26,009 bases of DNA from Syntrophomonadaceae bacterium. Its GTDB lineage: Bacteria; Bacillota; Syntrophomonadia; Syntrophomonadales; Syntrophomonadaceae. Of the stretch, positions 1 to 9,422 are shown piece by piece. The stretch is from NCBI GenBank assembly GCA_012798055.1, contig JAAZOA010000144.1, positions 1 through 26,009 of the forward strand, written 5' to 3'. The notes beneath the pieces are model-generated. The model was not told where the DNA came from and searched no databases. It saw only the letters and a program-made list of their open reading frames with translations. Every line of letters begins with the position of its first letter. The stretch's first letter is position 1. Made by a program: the position numbers and the translations under genes.

Positions 1-2
1 AA

Positions 3-878
3 ATCGAAGAGATAAATTCGGGCATGTATTGCTTCGACGCGCGGGAGGCGTTCCGGGCCTTGGCGCAAATCGGCACCCAAAACGCCCAGGGCGAATATTA
101 CTTGACCGATATCCTGACCATCCTTAAAAACGAAGGGCAGCGGGTGGAGGTCTTGGAACTGGATGCCAGTGAGGACATGTACGGTATCAATGACAGGTTG
201 CAGATGTCCCAGGCGGAATCTATACTGAGAAGGCGCAAAAACGAAGCGCTGATGCGTGCTGGGGTAACCATAATAGATCCGGTTACTACTTACATAGACA
301 GCGAAGTGGAGATTGGCGCCGATACCATAATCTACCCGGGAACCATGATCGAAGGCCGTACCAGGATAGGGAAAGCCTGCGAGATCGGACCCCAAACCCG
401 CATAAGTTCTTCGCAGATCGGCAACAAGGTAACTATAGAAAATTCACGTCTTAAAGAAGCCCAGGTAGGTGATGAATGCACTATCGGGCCCTTCGCATAT
501 CTTCGCCCCCAGGCGGTCCTGCACCGCAAGGTAAAAGTGGGTGACTTCGTGGAGATCAAGAAATCAACCCTGGGCGAGGGCAGCAAAGCCCCGCATCTCA
601 GCTATATCGGTGATGCCAAAGTGGGAAAATATGTCAACATAGGAGCGGGTACCATTACCTGCAACTACGACGGTGCCCATAAATACGAAACCGTCCTGGA
701 AGATGGCGTGTTTATCGGCAGCAACACCAATCTGGTGGCGCCGATTAAAGTGGGGACTCATGCGATTACCGGGGCCGGGTCGACCCTTACGCGGGATGTC
801 CCGGCGGAAACGGTGGCCGTGGAGAGAGCGGAGCAGCGGCATCTGAAAAAGATGAAAAAGAGCACCCCGCACGAATAG
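3..878 (+). CDS. glmU: Bifunctional UDP-GlcNAc pyrophosphorylase / glucosamine-1-P acetyltransferase, 5'-truncated by the window edge
   Basis: Frame is open from position 3 (IEEINSGMYCF). Contains NAQGEYYLTD, hexapeptide repeats, GPFAYLRP, VGDFVEIK, KAPHLSYIGDA and GAGTITCNYDG, and lies directly upstream of prs. Confidence 0.97.
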   Translation: MEEINSGMYCFDAREAFRALAQIGTQNAQGEYYLTDILTILKNEGQRVEVLELDASEDMYGINDRLQMSQAESILRRRKNEALMRAGVTIIDPVTTYIDSEVEIGADTIIYPGTMIEGRTRIGKACEIGPQTRISSSQIGNKVTIENSRLKEAQVGDECTIGPFAYLRPQAVLHRKVKVGDFVEIKKSTLGEGSKAPHLSYIGDAKVGKYVNIGAGTITCNYDGAHKYETVLEDGVFIGSNTNLVAPIKVGTHAITGAGSTLTRDVPAETVAVERAEQRHLKKMKKSTPHE

Positions 879-906
879 AATCCCGATATCTGAACGGAGG
901 TCAATG

Positions 907-1863
907 ATGATGAATACTTCCAGGTGGAGGATGAAACTGTTCACCGGCAATGCCAATCCCTATCTTGCCAAAGAGATCGGCAATTACCTGGGGCTCTCCC
1001 TGGCCAAGTCCAACGTGACCCACTTTTCTGATGGTGAAATCAGCGTCGAGATCCACGAGAGTGTGCGCGGGGTCGATACCTTTGTCGTCCAGCCGACTTG
1101 TACTCCTGGCAATGAAAACCTGATGGAGCTCCTCATCATGATCGATGCTTTCCGCCGGGCTTCAGTAGGTCGGATCAATGCGGTCATACCCTATTTCGGA
1201 TATGGCCGGCAGGACCGGAAAAGCCGGGCGCGCGATCCTATCACCGCCAAATTGGTTTCCAATCTGATCGTTGAAGCGGGGGCTGACCGGGTGGTCACAG
1301 TTGACCTGCATGCTACCCAGATCCAGGGATTTTTTGATATACCGGTGGACCATCTCCCCGGAGTCTCAACCCTGGCTGATCACATAGTCAAGAAGCAGTT
1401 GGGCGATAGAGCTGTGGTCGTATCCCCTGACGTGGGCGGGGTGACCAGGGCCCGTAACCTGGCAGCCAAGCTGGGGGCCCCCCTGGCCATCGTCGATAAG
1501 CGCCGGCCGGCTCCAAATGTGTCGGAAATCATGCATGTCATCGGTGAAGTCGAAGGCAAATCAGTGATACTCATCGACGACATAATCGATACCGCGGGTA
1601 CGGTCTGCAATGCGGCCGAAGTGATGATGGAAAAGGGAGCCGCGGAAGTATTCGTATGCTGTACCCATCCGGTTTTCTCCGGTCCAGCCATCGAGAGGCT
1701 GACTGCCGCCCCCTTCAAGGAGATAATAGTAACCAATACCATCCCGGTTCTGGGGGAGAAACTCTTGCCCAATATGAAGGTGCTTTCCATTGCCCCGCTC
1801 ATCGGGGAAGCGATATTGAGGATACACGAAGACTTGTCAGTCAGTAAGATATTCGAAGACTAA
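907..1863 (+). CDS. prs: Ribose-phosphate pyrophosphokinase
   Basis: Motifs FSDGEI, YFGYGRQDRK, DLH, VSPDVGG, DKRR and DDIIDTAGT. GGAGG at 896-900; the start could be ATG 904, 907 or 910. Confidence 0.97.
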   Translation: MMNTSRWRMKLFTGNANPYLAKEIGNYLGLSLAKSNVTHFSDGEISVEIHESVRGVDTFVVQPTCTPGNENLMELLIMIDAFRRASVGRINAVIPYFGYGRQDRKSRARDPITAKLVSNLIVEAGADRVVTVDLHATQIQGFFDIPVDHLPGVSTLADHIVKKQLGDRAVVVSPDVGGVTRARNLAAKLGAPLAIVDKRRPAPNVSEIMHVIGEVEGKSVILIDDIIDTAGTVCNAAEVMMEKGAAEVFVCCTHPVFSGPAIERLTAAPFKEIIVTNTIPVLGEKLLPNMKVLSIAPLIGEAILRIHEDLSVSKIFED

Positions 1864-1892
1864 ATTTGGAATAAATAATAGTCTGGTGGAAG

Positions 1893-1915
1893 AGGCGCAC
1901 TTTTCGGGTGTGCCT
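1893..1915 (+). terminator. Possible weak intrinsic terminator or stabilising hairpin after prs
   Basis: aggcgcac-ttttcgg-gtgtgcct forms an 8-bp stem with one G-U pair. The following U-tract (tatgt) is poor. Confidence 0.4.
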
Positions 1916-1953
1916 TATGTGCTTGCTCGAATCAACATTCCCGGGGGAAAAGT

Positions 1954-2508
1954 ATGAAAATTATTGTTGGACTCGGTAATCCCGGTCCAGAATACAAAAA
2001 CACCCGCCATAACATCGGCTACATGGTCCTGGAAGAACTGGCCGCCCGCTACCCAGTGGAAAAACAAGACGCCAAATTCGATGCCCTGATCGGGCAAATC
2101 CGGATAGGGGGAGAAAAGGTGCTGCTGGTCAAGCCCCTGACCTATATGAACCTGAGCGGCAGGGCCGTTCAGCCGCTGGTGCATTGGCACAAACTAGACC
2201 TCCAAGACTTGATAGTGGTTTATGACGATATGGATCTGCCCCTGGGCCGCTTGCGCATCCGCGCCGGAGGCGGCAGCGGGGGACACAAAGGTATCAAGTC
2301 GATCATAGAGAGGCTGGGCACCTCTGATTTTGCCCGCATCCGCCTGGGCATTGGCTGGGCAGTTGACCGGGATGCGGTCGACTGGGTACTGGGCAGGTTC
2401 GGCACCGAGGAAGAGGACGAAGCCAGGCATGCAGTTGAGCGGGCGGCGGATGCACTCGAGAAATGGGTCACCGCTGGCCTCGAATCAACTATGAACACCT
2501 ACAACTAA
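1954..2508 (+). CDS. pth: Peptidyl-tRNA hydrolase
   Basis: GLGNPG, TRHNIG, KPLTYMNLSG, YDDMDLP and GGH(K)G motifs; canonical prs-pth-mfd synteny. Confidence 0.96.
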   Translation: MKIIVGLGNPGPEYKNTRHNIGYMVLEELAARYPVEKQDAKFDALIGQIRIGGEKVLLVKPLTYMNLSGRAVQPLVHWHKLDLQDLIVVYDDMDLPLGRLRIRAGGGSGGHKGIKSIIERLGTSDFARIRLGIGWAVDRDAVDWVLGRFGTEEEDEARHAVERAADALEKWVTAGLESTMNTYN

Positions 2509-2517
2509 AAACCCAAG

Positions 2518-2595
2518 TGTCAGGGGGACGGGGTTGTTGACACCCCTCTCCAAGTTTAATTGGACTGGGGTGTCAACAACCCCGTCCCCCTGACA
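2518..2595. repeat. Perfect 29-bp inverted repeat (REP/MITE-like palindrome)
   Basis: tgtcagggggacggggttgttgacacccc (2518-2546) is the exact reverse complement of 2567-2595. The 20-nt spacer holds an inner tccaa/ttgga stem. Confidence 0.95.
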
Positions 2596-2727
2596 TAAGC
2601 GGGCAGCGATGGTGGAGGCCGTCTGGAGGCGGTGTCCACCTTTCAGGCTTGGTTTGGAGAAGTCCAGGTCTTATTGGGAAAAGGGCTGGCCGGGGAGAGA
2701 GATGAACAACCAGGGAGGGAACAGGGT

Positions 2728-5700
2728 TTGAATCAGGAGATATTGGAACAGATAAATAAAAATCTCGACGCTAACAATAAGGTGTTGCTGAGCGGCTTAT
2801 CCGGCTCGGCCCGGAGCTTTGTGATACAGGAAGTTTTCCGCCATGGACCAGGCCGGCTCCTGTACATAGCCCCGGAAGAAGAACGGGCCTATGACCTGGC
2901 TCGGGAACTGCAACAGCTGCTGGGTCGCGAAAAAGTGGCCCTATTCATGGAGCGCGATTTCGTGTTCAAGAGCGAAAATCCCACCCCGTCAGCCATGGAC
3001 AGAATCGCTGCCCTTACAGACCTGGTTATGCACCCCCGCCGCAAGACGATCATTATAACCACGGTGGGCGCCCTCTTGTTCTGCATCATGTCGCCGGCCC
3101 AGATGCAAAAGGCCACCCGCAGCCTGGTCCTGGGCCAGGATGTCGCCTTGCACGATTTGATTCGTGACCTGGTGGGGAGCGGTTATGAACGAGTCGATAC
3201 CGTAACCCGATCGGGGCAGCTGGCTCTGCGGGGCGGTATCTTTGATATCTTTCCCGCTGGAGCCAGGGAACCTTACCGGGCCGACTTTTTCGGGGATACC
3301 GTGGACAGCCTGCGCCGCTTCGATATCAACAGCCAACGCTCCGGGGAAAAAGTTGAACAGGTGGTGATAAGCCCGGCTGATGAAATTGCGGGCGCAGGTC
3401 TGACCAGCTCCCTGCTGGATTATCTGCCGCCTGACAGCCGGATTTTCCTGGACGAACCCGGCGAAATATATAACGCCCTGGATCGCCAGAGCCGCCGTTA
3501 CAGGGAATTCATCAAAGAAGCCCGCAAAGAAGACAACCGCCGGGCAGAACTGGTCCTCTTGGACCGGGAACGGCTGGACACCAGCCTGGACCAGCACCCC
3601 CTGGTGTATCACTCGTTTTTCCCGGGGAACCCGGCGCAGCTTCGTCCTGCATTTTATGCCCATATATCCCAGATCGAGATGGAGCCTTTTTACCACCAAC
3701 CAGAAACCCTGTTCAACAGGATTGCAGACTGGCTGGCCCACGATTACACGGTTAGGATTGCGGTTAGATCAAGTGCCCTGCGCGATGAAATCAGCCGGGA
3801 GCTGACGGACCGGCACCTAGCCGGGGTTGAATTTGTCAAGTCAGACTACCCCCGGGGTTTTATCAGCCAGACCCTAAGGCTGGCCCTGATAACGGACCAC
3901 GATATATGGGGCAAGAAGAGTATGCGCCGTACCCGTTCTAGACCGCCCATCGAACAGCGGGTCTTGGTGGAGGACTTGCAGCGGGGCGACTTTGTGGTCC
4001 ATGAACACTATGGCATTGGCATCTTCCGGGGTGTGACCCAGGTGGAAACTGACGGGGTGACCAGGGAGTATATCCTGCTTCAATATGCTGGCACCGACAA
4101 ACTATACCTGCCGGTGGACAAACTGGATCTGCTGCACAAGTACTCCGGAGATGCGGAGCGTGAACCGCGCCTGAGCAAACTGGGAGGCAGTGAATGGGAG
4201 CGCACCCGCTTGAAAGTGACCCATTCCATCCAGGAGATGGCGAATGAACTCCTCCGGCTCTATACCGAACGGGCGACTACGCCGGGGCATGCTTTCCCCC
4301 CCGATACCCCCTGGCAAGCGCAATTCGAGGACGAATTCCCTTACCAGGAGACCCCGGATCAATTGAAAGCCATCCAGGAGGTCAAACGGGATATGGAGAG
4401 TCCAAGGCCTATGGACCGCCTGGTGTGCGGCGATGTGGGCTATGGCAAGACCGAGGTGGCCCTGCGGGCGGCCTTCAAAGCTTTTATGGATTCGACCCAG
4501 GTAGCCATCCTGGTTCCCACCACAGTTCTGGCTGAACAGCATTACGATACTTTCAGGAAAAGATTCAAAGACTTTCCAGCCCATATCGAAGTCTTGAGCC
4601 GTTTCCGCTCGCCGGCGGAACAGAAAAAGATAGTCGCCGATGTGAGCCGGGGCGCCGTCGATATAGTGATCGCCACTCACCGGCTGCTCTCCAAGGATAT
4701 CAAGTTCAAAAACCTGGGGCTGCTGGTGGTCGACGAGGAACACCGCTTCGGGGTGGCTCAGAAGGAAAAAATAAAGGCCTTGAAAGCCCAGGTGGATGTG
4801 CTCAGTTTGTCGGCCACCCCTATACCCCGGAGTCTGCACATGGGCTTGACTGGACTGCGGGATCTTTCCATAATCGAAACCCCGCCCCCGGGGCGCTATC
4901 CCATCACCACCTTTGTCATGGAATACAACCCGGAGATAGTGAGGGAAGCAGTCCTGGCCGAGGTGGGCCGCAACGGCCAGGTTTTCGTGGTCCATAACCG
5001 CATCCAGGGCATATACCGTTTTGGTGAGGAGCTGCAGAAGCTCCTGCCCGGGGTTAGAATATGCATCGGCCACGGCAGGATGAACGAGGAAGAACTCTCC
5101 CGGACCATGCTCCAGTTCATAAAAGGGGATTACGATGTATTCCTGTGCACCACCATCATAGAGTCAGGCTTGGATATGCCTAATGTAAACACCATAATCA
5201 TCGATATGGCTGACCGCATGGGCTTGGCCCAGCTCTACCAGCTGCGCGGCCGGGTAGGGCGGTCCAATCGGGTGGCCTATGCATATCTCACTTATCACCG
5301 GGATAAAGTGATCACCGAAGCATCCCAGAAGCGCCTGAATGCCATCCGTGAATTCAACGAACTGGGCGCCGGGATCAGGATAGCCCTGCGGGACCTGGAG
5401 ATAAGAGGGGCTGGCAATATTCTGGGCGCCGAACAGCACGGCTACATCAGGGCGGTTGGATTTGACCTGTACGGCCGGCTTCTGGAACAGGAAGCCGCCA
5501 AACTAAAAGGTCAGGTGATGAGCGAGCCTCTCAAGCCCCAGTTGGATATGGATATCGATTACTTCATCCCCGACAGCTATATCCCCGATGCAGGCAGTAA
5601 AATGCGGATCTACCGCCGGCTATTGCTGGCGGATAAACAGGAGGAAATAGAATCAGTCCGGGAGGAGATCCAGGACCGGTTCGGCCCCCTGCCGGCCCCG

Positions 5701-5940
5701 GTGGAGAATTTCCTGCAGGTAGCGGCCTTGCGCCTCAAAGCCCGCGACAAGCAGATCAAAGGCCTGCGCCGCAAGGGTAACGAGATAGAGATCCATCTAG
5801 TCAGTCCGCTGCCCAGTGAGTACCGTCCTCCAGCCGGGCTGCAACTTAAGAAGATCAATCCCCAAACCCTGTCGCTGCGCCTGAACCAGGCCCAGACCCA
5901 GTCCTTGAAGGACCTCCAGGAGTTGCTGGACCGGATCTGA
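2728..5940 (+). CDS. mfd: Transcription-repair coupling factor
   Basis: UvrB-homology segment (RGGIFDIFP), RID/CarD-like domain (GDFVVHEHYGIG), SF2 motifs CGDVGYGKT, DEEH, SATPIPR and QLRGRVGR, and a C-terminal TRCF domain. TTG 2728 follows GGGAGG (2713-2718); GTG 2632 is the alternative start. Confidence 0.97.
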   Translation: MNQEILEQINKNLDANNKVLLSGLSGSARSFVIQEVFRHGPGRLLYIAPEEERAYDLARELQQLLGREKVALFMERDFVFKSENPTPSAMDRIAALTDLVMHPRRKTIIITTVGALLFCIMSPAQMQKATRSLVLGQDVALHDLIRDLVGSGYERVDTVTRSGQLALRGGIFDIFPAGAREPYRADFFGDTVDSLRRFDINSQRSGEKVEQVVISPADEIAGAGLTSSLLDYLPPDSRIFLDEPGEIYNALDRQSRRYREFIKEARKEDNRRAELVLLDRERLDTSLDQHPLVYHSFFPGNPAQLRPAFYAHISQIEMEPFYHQPETLFNRIADWLAHDYTVRIAVRSSALRDEISRELTDRHLAGVEFVKSDYPRGFISQTLRLALITDHDIWGKKSMRRTRSRPPIEQRVLVEDLQRGDFVVHEHYGIGIFRGVTQVETDGVTREYILLQYAGTDKLYLPVDKLDLLHKYSGDAEREPRLSKLGGSEWERTRLKVTHSIQEMANELLRLYTERATTPGHAFPPDTPWQAQFEDEFPYQETPDQLKAIQEVKRDMESPRPMDRLVCGDVGYGKTEVALRAAFKAFMDSTQVAILVPTTVLAEQHYDTFRKRFKDFPAHIEVLSRFRSPAEQKKIVADVSRGAVDIVIATHRLLSKDIKFKNLGLLVVDEEHRFGVAQKEKIKALKAQVDVLSLSATPIPRSLHMGLTGLRDLSIIETPPPGRYPITTFVMEYNPEIVREAVLAEVGRNGQVFVVHNRIQGIYRFGEELQKLLPGVRICIGHGRMNEEELSRTMLQFIKGDYDVFLCTTIIESGLDMPNVNTIIIDMADRMGLAQLYQLRGRVGRSNRVAYAYLTYHRDKVITEASQKRLNAIREFNELGAGIRIALRDLEIRGAGNILGAEQHGYIRAVGFDLYGRLLEQEAAKLKGQVMSEPLKPQLDMDIDYFIPDSYIPDAGSKMRIYRRLLLADKQEEIESVREEIQDRFGPLPAPVENFLQVAALRLKARDKQIKGLRRKGNEIEIHLVSPLPSEYRPPAGLQLKKINPQTLSLRLNQAQTQSLKDLQELLDRI

Positions 5941-6013
5941 TATTATAAGCTGGGGTTGTAAAGAAAACGAATGAGTTGCTTCAATCATTCAAAAGGCCAA
6001 TAAGAAAGGAGCA

Positions 6014-7645
6014 ATGCCAGTGCCCTTCTCCTCAGATTATGCCCGCAAAATGAGTCCGGCCCAAAAAATCAGTGCCCGGCAGAGGATTATCGAGCCTTCC
6101 CGGCCTTCAGGATCATTTTATCTGCTGGTATGTCTGTCGGCCATAATAGCCACTCTAGGACTACTGGCCAACAGCACTGCGGTTGTCATTGGGGCAATGC
6201 TGGTGGCTCCTTTAATGAGTCCTATTTTCGGCATTGCCCTGGGTCTTGCCAGTGGTGACCGCCAGTTGCTGAAGACCGCCCTGTTAGCCGATATCGCCGG
6301 TATTATCCTGGCAGTAGCTTTGTCGGCTTTGATCGGGATGATACCCCTGCGGCCTGATTTCGGCAGCGAGATTTTGGCTCGCACCCAACCCAATATTTAT
6401 GATGTGCTGATAGCACTGGCTTCAGGATTGGCTGGAGCTTATGCGCTGGTACACGAGAAGATCAGCCCGGTTCTCCCGGGGGTAGCTATCGCCACCGCTT
6501 TGGTACCTCCCCTGGCAGCCTGCGGACTGAACGTGGCGGCAGGCAACTGGCCCCTGGCCTGGGGGGCTTTTTTACTCTTCCTGGTAAACTTCATTGCCAT
6601 CGAATTCGCCGCCGCCAGTGTATTTATGCTGGCCGGCCTGGTGGAATTAGCCCATACCGGCCATAATTCGAAATTTAAAGCAATCTTCAGCAGCATGGGC
6701 GTAAGCCTGCTGATTTTAGTCCTGGCTACTGGATTCATGACCCAAACCCTGATAAAGATAGTCAGTGAGAGGCAGCTGGAGAAACAAATCCGGACAGTTC
6801 TGACTGGCCAACTGGACAAATATGCCGGGGCAAGGTTATCGGAACTGAATTATGCCCAGGAGGGGAGTGAGTTAGAGGTCATAGCCACAGTAATTACTCC
6901 CCAGGGCTTCGCTCCCAAACAGGTGGCAGACCTGGAAGGTTCCTTGAAAGCCATCGTGAACCCACAGGCGGGTTTGATTGTCCGTTCAGTAATTACGGAG
7001 GACGCCGACCGCAACGGGCCGGTATTTGTAAGCGTGCAGGAATTGCGCCAGCGCAGTCAGGCAGTTGAGGAAGCCCGCTATATGAATGACATTTCCCTGA
7101 TCATCAGCGAGGAAATGCGCAAACTGGGTGGAGCTCAGGTAAGCAATGTCAGCAAGGAGGTCAGTGATGACAACAATATAATAACGGCGGTGGTGAGATC
7201 TTACCAGGCCATCACCCCGGCCCAGGTCCAAAAAGTCGAGCAGCGCTTGAATGCTGAAGTGGACAGCCAGATCAGGCTGATAGTGCGCACTGCCATCACC
7301 AAAGACGCTGACTCCCAGGAATTTTTGCATCAAGCCGTGCCTTTCGAAGATGCTTTGCAGGAGCAAGAACTTGATTTGTACAAGCGGATGCTTAACGAAA
7401 TCAATTGGTACCTGCAGCGACAGGTGAGTGGGATCATGGTTGCTGATCTTTGGTTTAAGGAAGGGGATGACCATGCCTTGCAGGTTTATGTAACTGTAAA
7501 AACCCCGGTAATCCTGGCGCCTATGCTGGTAGCCGAACTTCAGGAACACCTGGTACGGTACATAGATCCCCGCATTGTGCTGATCGTCGAATCGAAGGTA
7601 GGAGGGGTTGCCACCGCATCGGAATTATACCAGACCGATGAGTAA
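6014..7645 (+). CDS. DUF389 / TIGR00341-family membrane protein with a three-repeat C-terminal extension
   Basis: STAVVIGAMLVAPLMSPI, EILART.PN..D..IALASG.AG and GVAIATALVPPL are typical of DUF389; multiple TM segments; AGGAG SD. Confidence 0.85.
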   Translation: MPVPFSSDYARKMSPAQKISARQRIIEPSRPSGSFYLLVCLSAIIATLGLLANSTAVVIGAMLVAPLMSPIFGIALGLASGDRQLLKTALLADIAGIILAVALSALIGMIPLRPDFGSEILARTQPNIYDVLIALASGLAGAYALVHEKISPVLPGVAIATALVPPLAACGLNVAAGNWPLAWGAFLLFLVNFIAIEFAAASVFMLAGLVELAHTGHNSKFKAIFSSMGVSLLILVLATGFMTQTLIKIVSERQLEKQIRTVLTGQLDKYAGARLSELNYAQEGSELEVIATVITPQGFAPKQVADLEGSLKAIVNPQAGLIVRSVITEDADRNGPVFVSVQELRQRSQAVEEARYMNDISLIISEEMRKLGGAQVSNVSKEVSDDNNIITAVVRSYQAITPAQVQKVEQRLNAEVDSQIRLIVRTAITKDADSQEFLHQAVPFEDALQEQELDLYKRMLNEINWYLQRQVSGIMVADLWFKEGDDHALQVYVTVKTPVILAPMLVAELQEHLVRYIDPRIVLIVESKVGGVATASELYQTDE

Positions 7646-7817
7646 CCCTCTCATCATCACCAGAGCAGGGAGAACATTTTTTTCGCCCAAAGGGTTAGAA
7701 GCTGAAGGGATCCCTGACCAAGACACAGGCTGTCGATGGCCAAACGAACTTGCTGCTGCCCCGTGACGACAGGTGATTTGAGAAACACCTGCCCTAAAAC
7801 CGGCCGGACCCTTATAT

Positions 7818-7839
7818 GATTAGAATGAGATTAGAATGA
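7818..7839 (+). repeat. 11-bp tandem duplication (gattagaatga x2) upstream of citrate synthase
   Basis: Directly visible at 7818-7828 and 7829-7839; each copy contains a TAGAAT -10-like hexamer. Confidence 0.8.
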
Positions 7840-7882
7840 GCCCGTAGACTTTACCAAGGGTAAAAACTGGAGGACATCTATT

Positions 7883-9244
7883 ATGGAATTCGAAAAAAGC
7901 GAAATCGAAAAATATACAGACAAATACAGCCGGATTTGTCGTGAAGCGAGCCGGATTGACAACAGCCTACATGAAAAATATGGGGTTAAAAGAGGTCTGC
8001 GTGACATAAGCGGAAAAGGGGTTTTAGCGGGAATCACCAACATTTCTTTGATCAAATCCTTCGCTGAAAAGGATGGCCGGAGTGTGCCCTGCGAGGGGCA
8101 ATTGTATTACCGCGGCTACAATATTTTCGACCTGGAGAAAGGGCTGGAAAACGCCAATCGCTTCGGCTTCGAGGAGATAGCCTATCTGCTCTTGTTCGGT
8201 TCCCTGCCCACCCGCCAACAGTTGGAGGAATTCACCAAGATCCTGGCAGGTTGCCGGGATTTGCCCAGAAATTTTGTTCGCGATGTCATCATGAAAGCCC
8301 CCAGTAAAGATATAATGAATTCCCTGACCAAGAGCATCTTGACCCTGGCTTCCTATGACGAGCGGGTAGAGGATTTGTCATTGGACAATGTATTGCGCCA
8401 GTGTCTGACCCTTATCAGCGTTTTTCCCATGTTGTCAGTTTATGGTTACCATGCCTACAACCATTACGAGTGCGACGAAAGTCTGTATATCCATCGACCT
8501 TTGAACAACCTATCCCAGGCTCAAAACATTCTGAGAATCCTGCGGCCGGACAAGGCATACACCGACCTGGAAGCCAAGGTTTTGGATACGGCCCTGGTTC
8601 TGCACATGGAACATGGAGGGGGTAATAACTCCACCTTCACTACCCGGGTGGTTTCATCATCAGGTTCGGATACTTATTCAGTAATGGCTGCAGCCCTGTC
8701 ATCTTTGAAGGGTCCCAAGCACGGGGGAGCCAATTACAAAGTAGTGGAAATGATACAGGATATAAAATCCCAGGTAAGTGATATTAAGGATGAAACAGAG
8801 GTTAGCCGGTACCTGGCGAAAATATTGAACAGAGAAGCTTTTGACAGGCAAGGTTTGATTTATGGGATGGGACATGCGGTATATTCTGTCTCTGATCCCA
8901 GGGCTATCGTATTCAAAGGATTTGTGGAGAAATTGGCTGATGCCAAGGGCCGGAGAGATGATTTCCAGCTCTATGCCCTGATAGAGAGACTGGCCCCGGA
9001 AGTGATCGCCAAAGAGCGGCAAATCTACAAGGGAGTCAGTGCCAACGTCGATTTTTATAGCGGTTTTGTCTACAGCATGCTGGATGTCCCGCTGGAATTG
9101 TATACCCCGCTTTTTGCTATGGCCAGGATTGTGGGGTGGAGTGCCCATCGCCTGGAGGAACTCATCAACGCGGATAAGATAATAAGACCAGCCTATAAGA
9201 GCAACGTCACACTAAGGGAGTACGTGGAAATTGACAATAGGTAA
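7883..9244 (+). CDS. gltA: Citrate synthase (Si-type, clostridial citrate/2-methylcitrate synthase family)
   Basis: KRGLRD N-terminus, LYYRGY, HMEHGGGNNSTFT, GPKHGGAN, signature GMGHAVYSVSDPR and ANVDFYSG; GGAGG SD. Confidence 0.92.
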   Translation: MEFEKSEIEKYTDKYSRICREASRIDNSLHEKYGVKRGLRDISGKGVLAGITNISLIKSFAEKDGRSVPCEGQLYYRGYNIFDLEKGLENANRFGFEEIAYLLLFGSLPTRQQLEEFTKILAGCRDLPRNFVRDVIMKAPSKDIMNSLTKSILTLASYDERVEDLSLDNVLRQCLTLISVFPMLSVYGYHAYNHYECDESLYIHRPLNNLSQAQNILRILRPDKAYTDLEAKVLDTALVLHMEHGGGNNSTFTTRVVSSSGSDTYSVMAAALSSLKGPKHGGANYKVVEMIQDIKSQVSDIKDETEVSRYLAKILNREAFDRQGLIYGMGHAVYSVSDPRAIVFKGFVEKLADAKGRRDDFQLYALIERLAPEVIAKERQIYKGVSANVDFYSGFVYSMLDVPLELYTPLFAMARIVGWSAHRLEELINADKIIRPAYKSNVTLREYVEIDNR

Positions 9245-9275
9245 ACCTGTAGGCAACCACGTTTTATCCTAATTG

Positions 9276-9308
9276 AGGGGCCCGACTATGCGGGCCCCTT
9301 ATAGTTTT
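9276..9308. terminator. Intrinsic terminator between the convergent citrate synthase and baeRF genes
   Basis: aggggcccg-actatg-cgggcccct forms a 9-bp GC-rich stem, followed by tatagtttt. Confidence 0.75.
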
Positions 9309-9422
9309 AAGGAGTTCTTGTCTGTCATAATGACCACATATCATTCTTCTTTTAGATAGAAGGCCTCAATATTGGAAACGGCTCCACATTTATTGCCTTT
9401 CCCCTAAATCAAGGCCAGAGTA

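Noticed and set aside
2609-2731. Small ORF (MVEAVWRRCPPF...) between pth and mfd as a possible fin/yabK
   Set aside because: No SD, and no resemblance to the Cys-containing Fin pattern.
2989-5073. Long antisense ORFs (250 aa and 323 aa) opposite mfd, and similar shadow ORFs elsewhere
   Set aside because: Typical shadows of GC-rich coding strands, with no recognisable motifs or SD.
5969-5990. gaatga/tcattc hairpin between mfd and the DUF389 gene
   Set aside because: Short AT-rich stem followed by A rather than U on the sense strand; function unsupported.
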